Origin: Rhynchobatus australiae
Taxonomy: Eukaryota
NCBI GenBank assembly: GCA_034780895.1
Contig: JAUZTB010000068.1
Coordinates: forward strand, 14,235,140-14,299,139
Length of the DNA: 64,000 nucleotides
Direction: 5' to 3'
Under the pieces are notes generated by a model. That model worked only from the letters and a program-made list of their open reading frames with translations, was not told where the DNA came from and searched no databases. Both the position numbers and the translations under genes were made by a program. Shown piece by piece: positions 59,001-64,000 of the stretch (the stretch's first letter is position 1; each line of letters starts with the position of its first letter).

Positions 59001-61244
59001 TTGGAACAAATTATATGGAAATTAAAGTACAGAGACATCTATTCATTCCAGCCAGTACATGTCGGCATTTATCTTGTACTTGAACTCATCCTGTCCCTTT
59101 TAACTCTTTCAATACAGTCCTCTTTTTTTAATCTCTCAATGGATTTTTCTAACTTCCTGCCAGGTACACCTCAGTTTTCACCTGTAGCAGCACATTTCAT
59201 GTTCCCTGTTAGGTTTTCTGGTGACTGCTTTATATTGACTTGCATCCAGCTTTGCTCTTCCCCAAGAATGGAAGCTCCCTCTGCAGCTGCTCTAATAATG
59301 TAATGTATGTAAATGAGTATCATATTTGCATACATGTGCAGTGTATTTGGAGAGAGTGGAATAAACAAAATATGTGTGTTTTAGCAGTTACTCCTTATCT
59401 TTTAATGATTCATTAGATTCCTGACATTAGGTGCAGCTGGAATAAGAACACACTCATACATTACACATATCAACTTTATAAATCTTTTATGTACACTCTA
59501 TAGTTCCACCATACTCCAGACAGTACTGCATACAATCTAACCAAGGTCCCATATATTTGGCATAAAATTCCTACTTTTCAATTTATTCCCTCCAGTAATT
59601 GTTTTACTTTGGATGTGCCTTGTCGACCTATATTGCCGTATTTGTGTGTTTATCCTTAGGTTCCTGTGTTCTTCTATCCCATTTAGATTTTTCCAAGTAA
59701 TGCATCATCCTTAAATTCCTTTTCTAAATGCATTACACCACATTTATTTGTAAAGATCAATTCTGGTTCTTTGTGAAACCATAGTGTGGTATGTTTTAGA
59801 ACATTTCCTGAAGGCTTTCACACTTGCTGACTCCTCATACAAGTCTTGGGATTTCTTCAGGGTGCATTTTGCAGGTGCCACAGAGATAGTCAGCCTTGTC
59901 CAATTTGAGGAGCATCACATGGGTTCAGTTAGTCACTCTGTGGTACTTTCTCCAGCACTCCGCAATGTTCCAATTTTTGCGACTCTTCTTCCACCCTTGT
60001 CTTCAGGGACTAGGGAACAGGTCTAGGCCTACAACATATGGGTGTAGCATTCTATGGAATGTGATTATGCCAGTATAAGATAAAATGAATCTGTGTCATG
60101 CTGATATACTGCGTCAAGTCTGCTCAGACCTGGAAAATCTTTGTTAAGACTGAACGCTTGTTTCCAGTCAATTTTTAGTGCCTTTAATCAATTCCCGCTC
60201 ATATGGTTGGTTTACATTTTGTAATCAGACAGAATTATTGGTAGTTTAAGCTTCTGGCGATTGTACAGAACTCTGAATGCAATCTGCCCCAGTATTTTCA
60301 GTGCTTCACCTCATGGGATCATGCTGAACTGCCTTCCTATAATAGAGCTAAAAGTACCAATGTCTGTTCATTTCAAGGATTTGACTAGCCACCTTTCATG
60401 GTTGTCAAGAAATAATTACGTTATATTTCCTACTATTGCCCATAGCATATAGACTGCTTCTAGCACATTCTTCATGGTCTCCATTCAAATGATACGCATG
60501 CAGGATATTCTTCTGTGATTGCTTTTATAATTACTAGCTTGCTGTCAAGACTTTGCTAGACTGTCGCTGTCTACAGTCATTAAGCTTTGTTTGGCTTTGC
60601 AGGCTGACATGATGTGTCCAATTTAGTAGTCAAAAACATTGAGCTATCATGGACAGTTACGGCCGAATTGACTGGTTACCCTCACAACAGGGTCATGGTT
60701 TCCTGCCCAAACTGCCTTTGGCCCCCATGTGACTTGGATCAGATGAAGAAGATTCTGCCATTACTTATTGTTTGCACATTGACATTCTGTGCTGAACAAA
60801 GCACTCTCACATTTTTCAATGCCATTTCCATAGTAACCGCGATTTTGCATGCTGTGTGAAAGATGAGATCCTGTGAAGATTTGCAGAGTTTTTCCTCAAT
60901 GTGCTCATGTGCAAGCTTGCACACAAATTGAGCCCTCAACATCCACTCCAGGAACATCCTGCAATGACTGTGTCACTGTTCTTTTTTCCAGGCTTTTGGC
61001 TGCAAGAGCCATATTTTTAACGTATTTATTTTCCAGGATCTTGATGATGCAGCTAAGGCCAGCATTAATTGTCCATCCGTAATTGCCCTGAGAATGCAGT
61101 TATTGAATGGGTGACCATCAGCTACAGTAGTGGTGCAGGAATCCCCCGTGACCATATCCTTCCCTCACTGAATTTCTGCTTTGGATATTATTGGGTGAGA
61201 CGAATTATCAGTGAACAGTAGCAGAAGCCAAATCATGACACCAC

Positions 61245-61470
61245 CAATGGCTCTGCTGCACAGCAGGGGAGGAAAAAGAGTGGGAGAGTTATACTGAGAG
61301 GAGTTTCAATTGTGAGGGGAAAAGATAGGCATTTCTGTGGCAGAAAACAGAACTTCAGGATGCTCCATTGCCTCCCTGGCGTTTGAATCAAGAAAATGTC
61401 AGGATGGCTGCAGGACTTTCTGAAGGGAGAGGCTGAACAACCAGTTGTTGTTGTCCATATCAGTACAAGC
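61245..61470 (+). mobile_element. CR1 ORF1 (esterase-like) fragment
   Basis: ataggcatttctgtggc..ttgcctccctggc.., and LQDFLKGEAEQPVVVVHIST. Homologous to 14540-14755. Confidence 0.75.
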
Positions 61471-62204
61471 AACTCCCACGAAATGGCAGTTCAGGGAATG
61501 GAAGGGCCCCCCCGCCCCCCAGTGAATTCACAAATCACAACCAAATATCTGGGGTCCGGAATAAAAATTCGGCCTTACAAAATTTATGTGAGAAAAAGTA
61601 AATAAATAAACACAAAATATATTTTCAACTGAGCAAGATGGTGCTGAAGTGTGGTGACTCTTTGCGAGATGGCTTCAGTTACCAAGGTGTGGCTGTTTAT
61701 CCAAGGTCTCCTTCCAACTGCTAGTTTGCAGTTGATGCAACCCACATAGCAGGGACGTCGTCAGTGAGAGCATCAATGTACTTGCACTGCAGTAATTGAA
61801 TGATGCTTGGTGTAAACCAATAGTAATGAGTTGAAAATATGTGTATGCAGAGTGTATTATTAAACAATAATGGCAGATGACATACTCACAGGCCTAGATC
61901 AATCACACGTAAGATTCATATGCCATGTGTTTCAGGAAGAGACATTGTGAGCTACTCAACTATTCCATTTGTTAGCCTCCAGGTAGACAATTAGGTCATC
62001 CCTCAATCTTCTCTTTACGAAAGTAAAAAGGGCTTTACTGTTCATCTTTTGCTAATAGATATAACATAGCTGTTCTGACACTATCCTTGTGAATCTTTTG
62101 ATTCTCATTGAAAAATGATGACCAGAACTACATGCAATACTCTAAGTGTGTCATCTCCAAGAGAATGTATGCCTTTCAATTCTGGTTTAAATTTTAAATT
62201 TTTA

Positions 62205-62333
62205 AAAATTTTATTTACGGCTTGGTAACACGCCCTTCCGGCCCAATGAGTCCACGCCACCCATTTTAAACCCCAAATTAACCTACCCGTATGTCTTTAG
62301 AATGTGGGAGGAAACTGGAGCACCCGGAGGAAN
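62205..62333 (-). mobile_element. Young V-SINE 3' half with CR1-type tail, running into a gap
   Basis: Reverse complement of 35270-35390: ggcccaatgagtccacgcc..tttaaaccc..aacctacccgta..gaatgtgggaggaaactggagcacccggagg. Confidence 0.85.
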
Positions 62334-62999
62334 NNNNNNNNNNNNNNNNNNNNNNNNNNNNNNNNNNNNNNNNNNNNNNNNNNNNNNNNNNNNNNNNNNN
62401 NNNNNNNNNNNNNNNNNNNNNNNNNNNNNNNNAGGACCAAGGTCCTTCTCATAAGTAATCCTGTTCCTCACTTCCTATTTTCACCTCATCCCACTTCTCT
62501 TCTGATTCATAAGCTGCAAATGCTGTGAGCAAGTATGTCTTACAGTTTGTCACTTTATCAGAGAGACAGTTGTTTTTCTTTAATTTTGGGGACTCTAATG
62601 AACTCTTGGGTTAGAATTCACTGCCCATGATGGCACAAAGCTATAAAAACCAGAAGATGTCAGATTTGACTCAAGTCCATAAAAGGTTTGCTGATCATGG
62701 ATCCGAGCTGATGACAGCAACAGTGTGTTAGGGAGGTAAGGAATCTAAAACATATTTCTGCTCCTGATCACCAAGCAGTGACAGACCTATTAATAGATAA
62801 AGTGCTTATGGCGATGTGTTAAAATCCCTGGTTGTTGACTAAGCTCCTGCTGCCCACTGGCTAGGCTCACACATGGAAAACATTGATTATGGTCGTGTTG
62901 ATGGAGTTGAGCTGTTGGGAGGAAAATATGTCTTTTTCTTCTGTAGTAACCATGGTCCCCTGAAGTTCTAACCTCTCTGAACATCAATGATTTACACTT

Positions 63000-63385
63000 G
63001 AGACCATGAGGTTGAGTGCTCAAATTTCACTCTGGACATTCAAATGTACATCTAGGCTGATGTTCTCCATACTGCATAGGGGGAGAGCTGCACTGTCAGA
63101 GAAGATGTCCTAGGGCTAGGATGTTGTCTTCCAGTCCCTTCTGGCCTTTCAAGTGGGTGGAAATTAAAATATAGGGGAATTTTGAAGAAGAACAAAGAGA
63201 GTTTTCACTTGTGTCTGAACCAATTTTTATCCCTGGGTAAAACACTTAAACAGATTCAATACTTCATATTAAATCACTACTCGTGGGGCTTTAGGGTGCC
63301 CAAATTGGCTGCCATTATTCCCATTTTACAAGTGACTGCACTTCATTGGCTGTAAGACATGCTGGGTTGCTATGAAAAGGGAAAT
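63000..63385 (+). mobile_element. Near full-length decayed DeuSINE
   Basis: gagagctgcactgtcaga..tttgaagaagaacaaagag..tttatccct..aaacagatt..caaattggctgcc..agtgactgcacttcattggctgtaa. Confidence 0.7.
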
Positions 63386-64000
63386 TGTGATGAAAACCTT
63401 TGGGAATATTTTCAAGCAGAGCTGGCGAGACACAGCTTGTGACACTGAATTTCATGGTATGAGTGCTACTTATAGTTTGAGGTTTTTTGCTTACACATTT
63501 GGCCCAGTTTACCTGAACTTGTCTGGCTGCTACTTCATGCATTAGTTGTTGGCACTTGTGCCCCTTCAACTCCCTGTAACCTTCCATGTTCCCCACTATA
63601 ATTTCACTAATCTCCACTTGAATTTTTATTTTTCTCATCCCTTTCATATGCTCTGATGCCCAGCTGTGTTACTATGCAGTCCTCTACATTTAGTATAGAA
63701 TTCAATGCTTGCTCTTATTCTCTCTCTGCAGCCTAGTAACATTACAGGAAAAAGGACCAAGGTCCTTCTCATAAGTAATCCTGTTCCTCACTTCCTATTT
63801 TCACCTCATCCCACTTCTCTTCTGATTCACAAGCTGCAAATGGTGTGAGCAAGTACTTGCTTCCCCCTACCCACCACCTCACCACATCCCTCTAGTGCAG
63901 CTTCTACCATCTGAATAGTCAGGTGACACAACAATTAGAGAAGCTGCATTTCCACATTATTGCTATGACTACACTTCAAAAGAACTTACTTGGCTCTAAA

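Overview
Vertebrate genomic DNA, not prokaryotic. The repeat content (V-SINE/HE1-type SINEs, DeuSINE/SacSINE1-type elements, CR1, L2, RTE and Rex1-type LINE fragments, and a palindromic 'GATGCTGGAATCTGGAGCA' family) points to a cartilaginous fish (shark or ray); this is an inference. The assembly is a gapped draft with many 10-N and 100-N gaps. The only protein-coding gene I can support is a two-exon SoxF-group HMG-box transcription factor on the minus strand: exon 1 at 12817-12604, an 11,171-nt GT-AG phase-1 intron, and exon 2 at 1432-630, giving 338 aa. It is closest to Sox7 in its C-terminal motifs, but its HMG box and N-terminus are unusually divergent. Its ~700-bp upstream region has a TATA box and a dense cluster of T-box, octamer, Sox, GATA and K50-homeodomain motifs, resembling endoderm-specification promoters. 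The leading hypothesis is an extra, divergent chondrichthyan SoxF paralogue, possibly sox32/casanova-like. The remaining ~50 kb is intergenic-looking and rich in decayed retroelements. It includes a tandem CTCF-like pair near 31.1 kb, a dispersed ~32-bp minisatellite at 55-59 kb and a few weak exon-like segments that I could not assign. Repeat coordinates are approximate and family names are from recognition, not database search.
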